Assembly: GCA_963691875.1 (NCBI GenBank)
Contig: OY829846.1
Location: 3,808,001-3,872,000, forward strand
DNA length: 64,000 bases
DNA from: Aureliella sp.
GTDB lineage: Bacteria; Planctomycetota; Planctomycetia; Pirellulales; Pirellulaceae
Direction of reading: 5' to 3'
Part shown: positions 1-10,539 of the stretch, piece by piece
How positions within the stretch are numbered: position 1 is the stretch's first letter
Layout: each line of letters opens with the position of its first letter
Program-made: the position numbers and the translations under genes
Notes under the pieces: model-generated
What the model was told of the DNA's origin: nothing
The model's database searches: none
The model's input: only the letters and a program-made list of their open reading frames with translations

Positions 1-35
1 ATCTTCGCGCAGCACTTGAGCAGAAGGGAGGTTAG

Positions 36-1004
36 GTGGCTGAGAAGTGGAACTATGTTCTTGGCGTCGATGCTGGCGGATCCAAAACAGAAGCTTGGGT
101 CGCCAAAGTCGTAGCAGGGCCGCACCGAGCTAATAGGGTGGCCATAGGCCGAGGAACAGCAGGCTCAGGCAACTTGCTCACCGCACCGGGGGACGCAAGA
201 GAAAATGTCAAGTCAGCAATCGAAGCGGCAATAGCCGATGCCGCAATTGAATGTAGCGTCTCCAAGCCCTTGCAAGCCTCGTGTTTCTGCATGGCTGGAG
301 CTGGTCGACAAGAAGTTTCACAGGAATGGCAAGCCTGGGGCCAGTCGTTGCCGCACTTGGGACAAGTCCGAGTGACGGACGATGTCGAAGCCGTCTTTCG
401 CGCTGGTTGTAGATCAGGTTCTGGAATCGCACTCATTGCTGGCACTGGTTCCATTGCCGTTGGACGAAAATCCCCCGGCAGCGAACGTCTGCGCTGCGGT
501 GGTTGGGGTCCTCTGATCGGCGATCAAGGCAGCGGCTACTGGCTCGGCAAACAACTTTTGCGGGCAGCTAGCTCGCATGAGGATGGCAGACGCAACTGCC
601 AAGAACTCTTCGATGCAGTCCTCAAGCACTTCCACGTCGAGCGCTTCACCGACCTGATTCCGCAAGTTCAAAAACTGGATCGCAGCGAAGTGGCTCAGCT
701 CTCAAAACTCCTTTTTGAACTCGCTCAGTCAAAGAATGCGGACGCAATCGCAATAGTGAGTCTTGCCACGAAGTGCCTTTCCGATCTCGTTTTGCATCTT
801 ATTGATCATATGGCATGGCGGAAAAAAACCATAGAGATCGGCCTAGCAGGCGGATTACTTGAGAACTCGCATTTTTTTCGCGAGCTCTTCGTGGCGAAAT
901 TAGAAGATCAATTGGAAAAGCCTGAGTGGCAAGCGACCACGCATTTGGTCGAGAAGCCAGTGGCGGGAGCAGTATCGCTCGCCGCTGAAGAGGTCCAATC
1001 ATGA
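36..1004 (+). CDS. BadF/BadG/BcrA/BcrD ATPase family sugar kinase (N-acetylglucosamine/N-acetylmuramic acid kinase-like)
   Basis: N-terminal GVDAGGSKT phosphate motif, IAGTGSIA and GGWGPLIGDQGSGYWLG motifs. The stop overlaps the namZ start (ATGA). Confidence 0.85.
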   Translation: MAEKWNYVLGVDAGGSKTEAWVAKVVAGPHRANRVAIGRGTAGSGNLLTAPGDARENVKSAIEAAIADAAIECSVSKPLQASCFCMAGAGRQEVSQEWQAWGQSLPHLGQVRVTDDVEAVFRAGCRSGSGIALIAGTGSIAVGRKSPGSERLRCGGWGPLIGDQGSGYWLGKQLLRAASSHEDGRRNCQELFDAVLKHFHVERFTDLIPQVQKLDRSEVAQLSKLLFELAQSKNADAIAIVSLATKCLSDLVLHLIDHMAWRKKTIEIGLAGGLLENSHFFRELFVAKLEDQLEKPEWQATTHLVEKPVAGAVSLAAEEVQS

Positions 1005-2170
1005 AGGTCCGGCTAGGCATCGACCGGTTGCTGCACGAAGAAACAGACTGCCTCGAAGACAAGCGTTTCGGACTGCTCGTCAATCAAGCTTCCGTCACCG
1101 GTGATTTGCAATACAGCGCGGATGCGATCAGCAAGCGATTTCCTGGCGGCCTCACAGCTCTTTTCACACCTCAGCATGGAATGTGGGGCGAGCAACAAGC
1201 GAACATGATCGAGACATCTGATGAGGTCGACAGTCGACGCGAGATTCCGATCTACAGTTTGTATGCGGAAATCCAGCAACCTAGCGCAAGGATGCTAGAA
1301 GGACTCGACTGCCTGGTCATTGACCTACAAGATGTCGGAACAAGGGTTTACACCTATATCTGGACACTCAGTCTTTGCCTAGAGGCTTGCGCGGAAGCAG
1401 GGGTCCCGGTCCTCGTGCTCGACCGGCCAAATCCACTCGGTGGTCAGATCATCGAAGGCCCGACGCTGGATAGCGACTTTCGGAGCTTTGTGGGTCGTTA
1501 TGAAATCCCCGTGCGTCATGCCCTCACCGTTGCCGAGTTCGCGGCGTGGGCAAACGAAGAATATAAGATCGGCGCCGACTTGAGCGTGCTTCCGATGCAA
1601 GGCTGGGATCGCTCTATGGGTTTTTCGGAGGCGGGCTTAGTCTGGGTGCCACCTTCTCCCAACATGCCACGGCTCGAAACAGCCCTGTTGTATCCTGGCA
1701 TGGTCTTGCTGGAAGGAACCAACTTATCCGAAGGACGTGGAACGACACGGCCCTTCGAAGTCGTCGGTGCTCCCTTCATCGACTCTGAACTAATGGCCCG
1801 TGATTTAAGGCAATTCGAGTGCCCAGGATTGGAGATACTGCCCACTCGATTCGAACCTACCTTTGACAAGTGGCAAGGGCAAAGTTGCGGAGGCGTTGCC
1901 TTCTACATAACCGACGCGTCCGCCGTCCGCTCTTACAAGCTCGTGATTGCGATACTCTCGATTGTCCGCAAGCACTGGCAGCAAGAATTTGAGTGGTTGC
2001 CGCCGCCTTACGAGTACGAATACGAAAAGCCGCCGATCGATATCCTGAGCGGTTCCGATGGATTGCGACTCGCTTTGGAGAGCAATGTAGATTCGATGGA
2101 ACTTCTGAACAAGCACGCTGGCGCTGATGACGAATGGCTGGAGCAGGCAGAGAGCTTTTTGCTTTATTGA
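1001..2170 (+). CDS. namZ: Exo-beta-N-acetylmuramidase NamZ (DUF1343 family)
   Basis: Motifs LFTPQHG, IDLQDVGTRVYTYIWT, VLDRPNPLGG, WVPPSPNMP and EGTNLSEGRGTTRPFE. Confidence 0.9.
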   Translation: MKVRLGIDRLLHEETDCLEDKRFGLLVNQASVTGDLQYSADAISKRFPGGLTALFTPQHGMWGEQQANMIETSDEVDSRREIPIYSLYAEIQQPSARMLEGLDCLVIDLQDVGTRVYTYIWTLSLCLEACAEAGVPVLVLDRPNPLGGQIIEGPTLDSDFRSFVGRYEIPVRHALTVAEFAAWANEEYKIGADLSVLPMQGWDRSMGFSEAGLVWVPPSPNMPRLETALLYPGMVLLEGTNLSEGRGTTRPFEVVGAPFIDSELMARDLRQFECPGLEILPTRFEPTFDKWQGQSCGGVAFYITDASAVRSYKLVIAILSIVRKHWQQEFEWLPPPYEYEYEKPPIDILSGSDGLRLALESNVDSMELLNKHAGADDEWLEQAESFLLY

Positions 2171-2324
2171 GCGCAATTGACGCGAATTCCTGCAAGTCCC
2201 CTAGCGCTCAACTTAGGAGATATTTATTTACTCTCCCTCCCTAGCCCGGAGAGGCCGACCCTCCCAACTCCTCGACTCCTGCGCTGCGCGTGGAACCGTC
2301 GACAAGGGAAGGTGTCGATCCTAG

Positions 2325-3326
2325 TCAACAACGATCGACGGGGAAGGCGAGAACCTCGCGAATGTCTTTGGCGTTAAGCAGGACCATCAGCAGCCGATCA
2401 ACACCTAAAGCACAGCCGCTTGAGGCCGGCATGCCGTCGTCCATAGCAGCGAGTAATTTACTTTCCTCAGGTAAAGCTGGTCTTCCGTCTTGCTCTCGCT
2501 CGCTGTTCACACGTTTATTGCGCGAGCGCAGTTCGGAAGAATCCGTTAGCTCGTGGTAGCCATTCGCCAACTCGACACCGCCGATGAATAACTCGAAACG
2601 CTCGGCCGTCCTGGAATCTGCCGCACTCAGTTTGGCCAATGCTGATTGCGTAGCAGGATAGCCATGAATAACGCAGGGCCTATCCTTTCCGAGGCGTGGT
2701 TGCACACACTCATAGAACAGCAAGTTGAGCCAGTCATCACGATCGTCAGAAAACGATGTGGCGACATCACAGTGCTTCGTCGCGGCTTCGATCAAGCTGC
2801 CCAAATCATCGGCAAGCGGATCACACTCCGCGTACCGAACAAACACTTCTTGGTAGCTCATCACTTCTGCTGAAGTCCAGGGTGTCACAGCCTGGACCAG
2901 ATCGGAAAGAAGCGCAATTCCGGCTTGCATGTCGTCGCCTGCCCGATACCACTCGAGCATGGTGAATTCTGGATTGTGCATTGGGCCGTATTCTGCGGCT
3001 CGGAATGCAGGGGCGATCTGGTAGAGAGCCGGCACATCTGCACACAGCAATCTTTTCATTGCGAATTCTGGAGAAGTCTGGAGATAAAACTCCATGCACT
3101 CGGCATCTCCTTCCGTTCCTGCCGGTTGATCAATTGCAATCTTCGCTTGGCAGTTCGCTACTGGAACAGCGATGGGATCTAAGTGTCTGTCCACCACGGT
3201 ATCGCGACTTAGCACTGGTGTCTGCACTTCGATAAACTCCCGTTCCGCAAAGAATCCACGGAGTGAGGACAGTAATTCTGAACGCTTGCGCAACGTTTCG
3301 ATCGTCGAAGTAGGTCTCCAATTCAT
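2325..3326 (-). CDS. epmA: EF-P lysine aminoacylase (EpmA/GenX/PoxA)
   Basis: Motifs YLQTSPEFAMKRLL, HNPEFTMLEWYR, ERFELFIGGVELANGYHEL and GCALGVDRLLM, with no anticodon domain. Start set at ATG 3326 (MNWRPT) because the longer ORF overlaps the next gene. Confidence 0.92.
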   Translation of the reverse strand: MNWRPTSTIETLRKRSELLSSLRGFFAEREFIEVQTPVLSRDTVVDRHLDPIAVPVANCQAKIAIDQPAGTEGDAECMEFYLQTSPEFAMKRLLCADVPALYQIAPAFRAAEYGPMHNPEFTMLEWYRAGDDMQAGIALLSDLVQAVTPWTSAEVMSYQEVFVRYAECDPLADDLGSLIEAATKHCDVATSFSDDRDDWLNLLFYECVQPRLGKDRPCVIHGYPATQSALAKLSAADSRTAERFELFIGGVELANGYHELTDSSELRSRNKRVNSEREQDGRPALPEESKLLAAMDDGMPASSGCALGVDRLLMVLLNAKDIREVLAFPVDRC

Positions 3327-3431
3327 GAGGTCCTCGGTTAGAATGGGGCAGTAGAAGTGGCAGTCGGGACATCGGCCAACTTCTCGCTGACTTATCTTCC
3401 TGTGCCTCGTCTCGTGTAAGCAATACGTCCA

Positions 3432-4448
3432 ATGATGAAACTGAGTGCTGCTGGCAATTATTGCCGAAGAATGGGAATCGGTCTGCGGGCAGGCGTCGAT
3501 ATCCTGCGGCTTCTCGAGACGGAGACGAAGACAGGGGACAACAAGCATAGGGAAACGATGCAGCAAGTCATCGCGAGCGTGCGCGGGGGTTCAGACCTTT
3601 CAAAAGCGATGCAGGAGCATCCGCGTTACTTCCCCAAGTTGCTGATTCAGATGGTGAGCGCAAGCGAAATGGGTGGCCGCTCGGACGAGATGTTCCATTA
3701 TATGGCCGACTACTACGATGACTTGAAGAAGACGCGCTCGGACTTCATCGGTCAGATCACATGGCCCATGATTCAGCTAGGGATGGCGATCGCTGTCATC
3801 GGACTGGTCATTTTGCTGCAGGGCATTTTGTCACCTAATAGCACCTACGACGCATCGGGGGTCGGCTTGCGTGGCGTCAATGGATTCTATCTTTACTGCG
3901 CAGTTGTATTCGGGACTTTGGGCACGCTGCTGACCATCGCCTTTGGCCTTTGGAAGAACTGGTTCAACTGCCATCAGACTGTGGTGCCAATCGTTCAGAA
4001 GATTCCGGTGCTGGGAACTGCGTTCGTCACACTGGGACTTTCGCGTTTGAGCATGACCCTCTCCATGCTGCTCAATGCTGGAGTGGAAGCCAAGCGGGCA
4101 ACGCGGCAAGCCTTTCTATCGACGGGCAATTTCTACTTCATTGGCGGTATGGATCGCTCCATCGACGCAATCGATCGCGGCACGAGCTTCGGCGATGCCT
4201 TTGAAGAATCCAAAGTACTTCCAGAAGAGTTCATTGAAGGCGTGAAGATCGGGGAACTCAGCGGTACCGAAACAGAATCGCTTGATCGCCTAGCCATCAA
4301 CTACAAGGATCGCGCCAAACGAGCCTTGGGAACTATCGCCAACATCGCCAGCTATGTCATCTGGATTACGGTGATGATGCTCATCGCTTTTATGGTGATC
4401 CGAATGGCGCTGCAGTATATCAACACCATTAATTCATTCTTACCTTAA
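3432..4448 (+). CDS. Type II secretion / type IV pilus platform protein (GspF/PilC family)
   Basis: Two T2SSF repeats (GxDLSKAM..HPRYFPKLLIQMVSASEMGG and GTSFGDAF..LPEEFIEGVKIGELSG) and three predicted TM helices. Confidence 0.85.
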   Translation: MMKLSAAGNYCRRMGIGLRAGVDILRLLETETKTGDNKHRETMQQVIASVRGGSDLSKAMQEHPRYFPKLLIQMVSASEMGGRSDEMFHYMADYYDDLKKTRSDFIGQITWPMIQLGMAIAVIGLVILLQGILSPNSTYDASGVGLRGVNGFYLYCAVVFGTLGTLLTIAFGLWKNWFNCHQTVVPIVQKIPVLGTAFVTLGLSRLSMTLSMLLNAGVEAKRATRQAFLSTGNFYFIGGMDRSIDAIDRGTSFGDAFEESKVLPEEFIEGVKIGELSGTETESLDRLAINYKDRAKRALGTIANIASYVIWITVMMLIAFMVIRMALQYINTINSFLP

Positions 4449-4687
4449 ATCTTCCTGGGCGTCATTAGGCAACCGGCAGTTCTGCTCTGGTACGCCTCGC
4501 TCCTGGGTCTTCACTCGCCGAGGTTTCAACTCTGCACAAGGTAGAGCACTGTGGGAAGACTACGCACACATGCACAGGTTGCAGCAAACACCGGTGAAAC
4601 ACTTGACTGAAATTTACTACACCGGTTGATTGCGATGTAAATCCGAAATTCCCCTAAGAGCAATTCGATCATGGTTGAGTCAGACGA

Positions 4688-4936
4688 GTGCCCATCGTAT
4701 TGAAGATGCTCCTCATCTTCGGCGAAAAAAGATGGATCAGCCTTTCGATTCTGATTCTTCTCGTGCTTGCCTTAGAGATCCCTTTGGCGTCGGTGATCAG
4801 AGCGCTATATCCCACCGTAGACTTCGATCCTCCGTTGCTCTGGAGTGTGGCGAAGATGCTCGTTGCCTTTCATCTGCCAGTCTTTCTTACGCTCGTCGCA
4901 CTCAGGTTTTCGGGTGTCAGAATGAGCCTTCGGTAG
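4688..4936 (+). CDS. Small hypothetical membrane protein (possibly a gene remnant)
   Basis: 82-aa ORF with two hydrophobic segments. No recognisable family and an uncertain start. Confidence 0.3.
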   Translation: MPIVLKMLLIFGEKRWISLSILILLVLALEIPLASVIRALYPTVDFDPPLLWSVAKMLVAFHLPVFLTLVALRFSGVRMSLR

Positions 4937-5304
4937 TTGCTGTTCAGGGCAAGCGTTTCATGGTTCGAATCGTCACCTGCAACACGCACCTTCTGCCTCC
5001 AATTGCTTTGCCCTTTGCCGGCAAACGCAGCGCTGCCGCCCATCTTCCATAGAGAACGAGTGTTTTTTATTCGCAAAAGAGGTCCATGAGGTTACGTGTA
5101 GAATATCGCAGAGAGTCGCTAACCAACGGTCGCGGACTCGTCAGCCCTGTTTTGCCAGCGAGCAAGAGGACTGCACACACTTGCTGTCGCGATAGATGAA
5201 CAGTTAGTGGGGTCACCTTCACTACACACGACGCCGTACTGCGCTCCTGACGGCCTACGTGGATCTTTCGTGGCTTTATCGTCAGCAGCTCACGGGATTG
5301 ACTT

Positions 5305-8244
5305 CTAAGTACCGCCGAGTTGAAGAGGATTTGCTGGTGTCAGCGAAAGCGATGCACTCTCCGGCGCTTCCCTTGTTTCGGGGACAGGCGGGATCTCTTT
5401 AGCGGCTTTGATTCTCGAATCCGAATCCGGCTCGGCGATCGAAGCTGCTGGTGGATCAGCCACTCGAAGATCCGATTCCACTTCACTGCCTGTGTTGTAG
5501 TCACTGCCTGTGTTGTAGTCACTGCCTGAGTCAGTAGGAAGATAGATGCCTGAACAGATTGGTTGTTGCTCCATTAGGTATCGCATCTCGCGCGAGTATA
5601 TCACGCATGGAACCTTGCCATAGACTGGAAACGCCCAATCAGGCAAATCATAAGCTGGTTGCGGTGTGACTTCCTCGTTTCGCAAGTCTTGCCAGAATCC
5701 GGTCTCGTCAACAGTTAGCAGCTCTAAGTCAAGGAAGAGTTGAGTCCGATCCAAGATGTAGTTGATGTGTCGGCTCGCAACGCTGCTGAGTGCATTGATG
5801 TAAGCCGTCTGAGCTTCCAGGAAGTCGCGCGCCGAAACACCGCCGGAACCGAGCCTAAACGCCAGTGAGGTACTTACGACACGTTCATAAGCCAAAGCTG
5901 CACTCGCTACAGCTATCAAATACTGCTCGCGGTCGAGTGCCAAATTTCGCAAATCATTTCGAACAGAGAATTTGATCGAGTCCTCAAGCTGCATCAAGTT
6001 GCGAAGAGCCCGCTGGTAGGTGATCAAGGTTGCTCGAAACGTATTTCTTTGAGCAAAGCGGTTGAGCGGTGCGTCGAACCTCACTCCGAGTTGCGTGGTA
6101 CTATCCTCGAAGGAGAAGTTGAATGGCTGATTGGTAGTCGGGTCCGTACGAATCACTTGTCTAGCACTCAAGTCCAGAATCGACTTCAGATTGTCCGCAG
6201 CCAACTTGATTTGCCTCCAATCATCGACAGCTTGCTCTCGCTGGTTCATCAAATCAAAACGAAGAACCAAGGCCGTTAACATCGCGTCGTCTGGATCAAT
6301 ATCGATCGGCTTGAGCCCGTACTGTGGCGTGTTCAGGGTCTGCGTCACGGACTCTACGAGCAACTCAGCCTCAGCCAGAAGCCGCTTCAAATCCAATTCT
6401 GGATCGGATTCGACCTGGATGCCCAGGTAGGTATCAATCTCCGCGATCAAAGCATCAAAAGTTGCCCGTACACCGTCACTTGATTTCACCAGCGATTGGA
6501 TCTCGCGATTGAGTCGAAGATTCTTGTCTTCTAGCGCTTGATTGAACTTGGTGTTGAGGGTTTCCGTTTGCTCAGCCAATACGACTTGTCTTTCTGCAAA
6601 TTCGACAAGCTCTTGAGTCACCTTCTGCGCTTCTGCCAGCTCAAGCTGTCTGGTCACGACATCTTGCTGGGAGTTTGCATGTGCGATGGAACGTCGAAAG
6701 ATGGTCGATACTCTCGGATTCTCGCTATTGAGTTCAGTCTCGAGAGCCGCCAGCTCTTTCTGACTGCCAATACGCGCCTCATCAAGCAAAAACCGAGCTC
6801 GAGCTAACTTTAGATCCGCAATCTTATCAGCTTCCATATCATCAGTGAGATTCGCCGCTTCGGAAATGCGATCGATAAGAGTCGCAGCCTTGCTTGCTAA
6901 TACGCTTCTGTCAGGCTGCTTCATCGCGCTTTTCAGCGTCCGCAACATCCGGTTGGTTAGATCCGACGAAACCGAAAGCTGATCCAGACGCGTTAGCTCA
7001 TTTAGCTCCTTTAGATCTAGGTTGAGCGGCGTTTCCGTTGGAATGCCCATCGAAATTTTGAGACTGTCTAAAGACTGCTCAACTCCGTTGCAAGTTCCAA
7101 TCAAGGAGCCACGAGCGTTCAGCAAGTTTTGCTCCACTTGGTCCACTTGGACTCGGGGAACACTACCTGCACCAAACTCTGCCTCAGCCTGATTGAAGGC
7201 CCGCACTAGCGAGAAGTAGTTTTGCGATTCAATCTCGATCTGGCGAAAGGAGAGTATCAGACGATAGTAGCTCGATGCAAAATCGACGAAGAACTGTTTT
7301 CGGAAGCGAGCAAAATTACGAGCCGCGTAGACTACGTTGCGCTCTGTTTGAGTCAAGCCTTCGAAGCGAATGTCGCGTTGCAGGAGCGGCTGTGTAAAGT
7401 CGACTAGGATGTTCGAGCTCACATCTGCTGCGAATCCTGAAGGACCATTGAAAGTTAGCAAGATGTTGTTGGCGAAAGAGGCGAGAACATCGCCACCAGT
7501 GACCAAGAGTTTGTCCCCAGCGACGCCGCTCGGAAACGACAAATTGTTCTCGGTGATTCCGAGTACGCGGTTGTGTGTGAAGCCAAGGTCGGTGCCATTA
7601 CCAAAGTTACTGAACTTGTTGGCGTAAGCAAATCGCTCTTGAGACAAGGCCAGCGAAACAAGGAAAAGCGACTCTTTCTGCGTTTGGTACTCGCGACTGT
7701 TGAGCAACGCGATGTCGACAACATCCTCAAGCGTGAGGCGATCTTCGCTGCTAGAAGCTCCAGACGCAAATGCCTCGAAGCCAGGATAGGTCTCACTGGA
7801 GTATCCCGCCTCGTCCTGAATCGAGTCGAACTCGGCCATCCTACGGAGACACTGACGTGGCAGATTCTCCCAGGCGTTCGGTGGGATAGCAACTCCACGT
7901 GGTGCATCTGGCTCGCTCGAATCACGTTCTGCATCTGATGCCAGCTCTACGGCGAGAAGCTTGGATCGCAGTTCAGGCAGTCGGTATGCGTACAGTTGAG
8001 GCGTTGGGCATGGCAATCGAGGAGACACGAGGCAGTCCAGTGGTGCCAATCGTGACTCGGGCGAGGGTGTCAGGGTGAAGCCAGCTGGAACTGCCCATGG
8101 CTTCGCCGCTGTTTTCTGTTGAAGCAAGCACTGCGCGTCCTGATTCGCTCGCCGGAAGTACCAAGTCCGAGAACGGCACCCAGTCATCAACATCGTGATA
8201 ACGAGAGCAAAACTCAGGATTCTCGCGGCTCCAGCAGGCCTCAT
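5305..8244 (-). CDS. Long TolC-family outer-membrane efflux protein, lipoprotein (planctomycete type)
   Basis: Lipobox-like LMTGC. OEP-type motifs (LTLEDVVDIALLNSREYQTQKESLF; ARDFLEAQTAYINAL), a central helical insertion and a low-complexity C-terminus. Confidence 0.8.
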   Translation of the reverse strand: MRPAGAARILSFALVITMLMTGCRSRTWYFRRANQDAQCLLQQKTAAKPWAVPAGFTLTPSPESRLAPLDCLVSPRLPCPTPQLYAYRLPELRSKLLAVELASDAERDSSEPDAPRGVAIPPNAWENLPRQCLRRMAEFDSIQDEAGYSSETYPGFEAFASGASSSEDRLTLEDVVDIALLNSREYQTQKESLFLVSLALSQERFAYANKFSNFGNGTDLGFTHNRVLGITENNLSFPSGVAGDKLLVTGGDVLASFANNILLTFNGPSGFAADVSSNILVDFTQPLLQRDIRFEGLTQTERNVVYAARNFARFRKQFFVDFASSYYRLILSFRQIEIESQNYFSLVRAFNQAEAEFGAGSVPRVQVDQVEQNLLNARGSLIGTCNGVEQSLDSLKISMGIPTETPLNLDLKELNELTRLDQLSVSSDLTNRMLRTLKSAMKQPDRSVLASKAATLIDRISEAANLTDDMEADKIADLKLARARFLLDEARIGSQKELAALETELNSENPRVSTIFRRSIAHANSQQDVVTRQLELAEAQKVTQELVEFAERQVVLAEQTETLNTKFNQALEDKNLRLNREIQSLVKSSDGVRATFDALIAEIDTYLGIQVESDPELDLKRLLAEAELLVESVTQTLNTPQYGLKPIDIDPDDAMLTALVLRFDLMNQREQAVDDWRQIKLAADNLKSILDLSARQVIRTDPTTNQPFNFSFEDSTTQLGVRFDAPLNRFAQRNTFRATLITYQRALRNLMQLEDSIKFSVRNDLRNLALDREQYLIAVASAALAYERVVSTSLAFRLGSGGVSARDFLEAQTAYINALSSVASRHINYILDRTQLFLDLELLTVDETGFWQDLRNEEVTPQPAYDLPDWAFPVYGKVPCVIYSREMRYLMEQQPICSGIYLPTDSGSDYNTGSDYNTGSEVESDLRVADPPAASIAEPDSDSRIKAAKEIPPVPETREAPESASLSLTPANPLQLGGT
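5483..5528. repeat. 18-bp tandem repeat (2.5 copies) in the TolC 3' end, encoding SDYNTG-SDYNTG
   Basis: tcactgcctgtgttgtag occurs twice, followed by tcactgcctg. Confidence 0.9.
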
Positions 8245-8265
8245 ATTGACTTTCCTACTACAGTC

Positions 8266-8303
8266 TGAGGGTTTCAGTGTTGGTGAGGGTTTAAGTGTTG
8301 GTG
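8266..8303. repeat. 18-bp tandem direct repeat just upstream of the TolC start
   Basis: tgagggtttcagtgttgg followed by tgagggtttaagtgttgg (one mismatch). Confidence 0.8.
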
Positions 8304-8756
8304 TAGCAATCGTTCAACAACCCGGCCACACGGGCAATCGTTTGATGTCCGGCCGGATTGGCTTGTTGGCCATCACAGTTCAGTTGTACAGGGCTTTGCT
8401 CGTAAGCGGCCTATCTCAGAGACTCGCTGGCTGGGATGTCCGGCTTACAGGGACACGACCAGGTCTTGATTGGACGCCGAGTCAGCTCTTGCTACTTAAA
8501 CCGTTCGGCAGATTGGAAGGGATCATTCCGACGGTTTCGGTTATAATTCTGAGTCCAGCCTTACCCAGACGAGGAGTCGTACCGATTGTTCGGCTCGTTC
8601 CGCCTGCCCGCCCTTCGAGTGTCGTCAGCTAAGCCAATCGTTAGGTTTTTACCCTCAATTACTTCGCGTTTTGCTAGCTCCCCACCGCAACTCGCCTCGC
8701 CATGCCGAGGTTAAAAGGTATGCCCGGAGTTCCGGCTACCTAAAGAAAGTAGAACT

Positions 8757-10418
8757 GTGTCTAAGAAAACAATTGCTGCTGCGCTTGTAGCACTTCTTAT
8801 GGGTGGTGTCTATTACGCCAAACCCTGGGTTCAGTGGAACGAGGTTGGGCAAGAACTGCTGTTTTATGAAGTCCGCAATGCAGATCTTCCCATACAGATC
8901 ACGGAGCGAGGCTTCTTAGAAAGTCAGGAGCAGACCTCGATTCGCAGCCAAGTCGACATCTATGACTACCGCAGTGGCTCACGTGGCACCGTCATTCTGT
9001 CGATCGTCCCGAATGGAAGCCTCGTCAAAAAAGGCGACATTCTGGTCGAGCTCGATTCAGCATCGCTGCGCGATCTGCTTGAGTCCGAAACACTTGAGCT
9101 TCAGAGCGACCGTTCGGTTCAAGAGCAAGCCGATGCAAGACGAACAAACCAGCTGACGCAAAACGAGACCTCAACAGCTGAGGCGCAGCTAACTCTCGAC
9201 TTGGCTGAATTAAACCTTGAGATGTACATCGACGAGAAGAGCGGTTCTTTCAAGCTGGCCGAAAGCCAGATTGATCGTCAAATCGATGAAGCTAGGAATG
9301 CAATCTTAGAGGCTGAGGCCGCATTGAAATTGCAGGAAACCGAGAAGGACGGTATCGAGCAACTCTTCCGACTCGGCTACAAAGGCAAAAGTGACTTGGA
9401 GCAGAGTCGCTATGCGTTCATGAAGTCCGAAGCCGCACTCGCCTCGGCAATCAACCAGCTTGAAACTTACGATGCTTCCAAAGAACAACTGAAGTCCTAC
9501 ACCTACCGCATGGAATTGCTCAAACTTCAAGGTGAAGTAGCCACCTCGAAACGAAAACTTAAGCAAGTCGCTGTTACAAATAAGTCAGAGCTGGCTCAAG
9601 TCGAAGCACAATTGTTCGAAGCAAAAGAGCGAGTCGCGCGACAAGAAGCCCGCGTGGCTCAGTACCAGCGAAATGTCAACAACTGCGTCATCCGAGCTCC
9701 GCACGACGGCATGGTGGTTTACGCTCAGGACGAGCGAGGCGGTTCAAGCATTGCCGCTGGAACCGAAGTTCGAAATCGCCAGGAGATTCTGACGCTTCCT
9801 GACTTGTCCAAGATGCAAGTGAAGATTCAGATTCACGAAGCTGTTCTAGACCAAGTGCATCCCGGCTTACCAGTCGATATCCGTGTCGAGGCCTTTGCAA
9901 ACAAGATCTACGAGGGCATCATCCAAGAAGTTGCAGTCGTACCCAGCCCGAGCAAGAGCAGCGTTAAAACTTACGAATGCATCGTCAATATTCCCGCCGA
10001 AGTCTATCGCTTGAAGCCCGGGATGAATGCCGTTGCGGAGATCAATGTAGATCGCGTTCAAGATGTTTTGAGCATTCCGGTTCAATCTGTCGTACAGCAA
10101 GACCGAGAGACTTGGTGCTACATCGAGGGAGATTCTGGTGTCGATCGACGCGAAATTGAACTCGGCAAAAACAACGACAAGTTCGTCGAAATTGTGGCTG
10201 GAATTGAGGTGGGCGAACGCGTGGTGTTGAATCCTTTGACCATCGCGAACCTCGAAGACGCAGGCGGCAAGGACATCGCGCCTGATGCTGATATGCCCAA
10301 CGGAAAAGCCAAGAAAAGCAACGCCGCCGAAAGCGCGAGGACGGTGAGCCGCATGAAGGAGAAGCGCAAGCAAGACGCGTCTGCTCGCACCAAGGGCTCA
10401 GCAACGACTGCTGGGTAG
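8757..10418 (+). CDS. Efflux periplasmic adaptor subunit (HlyD/MacA family) with long coiled coil
   Basis: N-terminal TM anchor, lipoyl halves (IVPNGSLVKKGDILVELD; IRAPHDGMVVY), LKPGMNA and GIEVGERVV motifs. Confidence 0.88.
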   Translation: MSKKTIAAALVALLMGGVYYAKPWVQWNEVGQELLFYEVRNADLPIQITERGFLESQEQTSIRSQVDIYDYRSGSRGTVILSIVPNGSLVKKGDILVELDSASLRDLLESETLELQSDRSVQEQADARRTNQLTQNETSTAEAQLTLDLAELNLEMYIDEKSGSFKLAESQIDRQIDEARNAILEAEAALKLQETEKDGIEQLFRLGYKGKSDLEQSRYAFMKSEAALASAINQLETYDASKEQLKSYTYRMELLKLQGEVATSKRKLKQVAVTNKSELAQVEAQLFEAKERVARQEARVAQYQRNVNNCVIRAPHDGMVVYAQDERGGSSIAAGTEVRNRQEILTLPDLSKMQVKIQIHEAVLDQVHPGLPVDIRVEAFANKIYEGIIQEVAVVPSPSKSSVKTYECIVNIPAEVYRLKPGMNAVAEINVDRVQDVLSIPVQSVVQQDRETWCYIEGDSGVDRREIELGKNNDKFVEIVAGIEVGERVVLNPLTIANLEDAGGKDIAPDADMPNGKAKKSNAAESARTVSRMKEKRKQDASARTKGSATTAG

Positions 10419-10539
10419 GATGTGGGGATGGGTAGCCTTTCCCAAAACCTGCTTAATACGTTGCCACCTACAGGGAGCAACGAAGACCACAGACAAGATG
10501 CCTATGCCAATTAATTATTGACGGCTAAGCGAGAACCTC

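Noticed and set aside
3327..3566. 80-aa N-terminal extension of epmA in the ORF track
   Set aside because: It overlaps the divergent GspF/PilC gene. EpmA similarity begins at MNWRPT (3326).
8195..8632. 145-aa ORF in the tolC/adaptor intergenic region
   Set aside because: It overlaps the tolC start on the opposite strand, has no recognisable features, and lies in the expected divergent promoter region.
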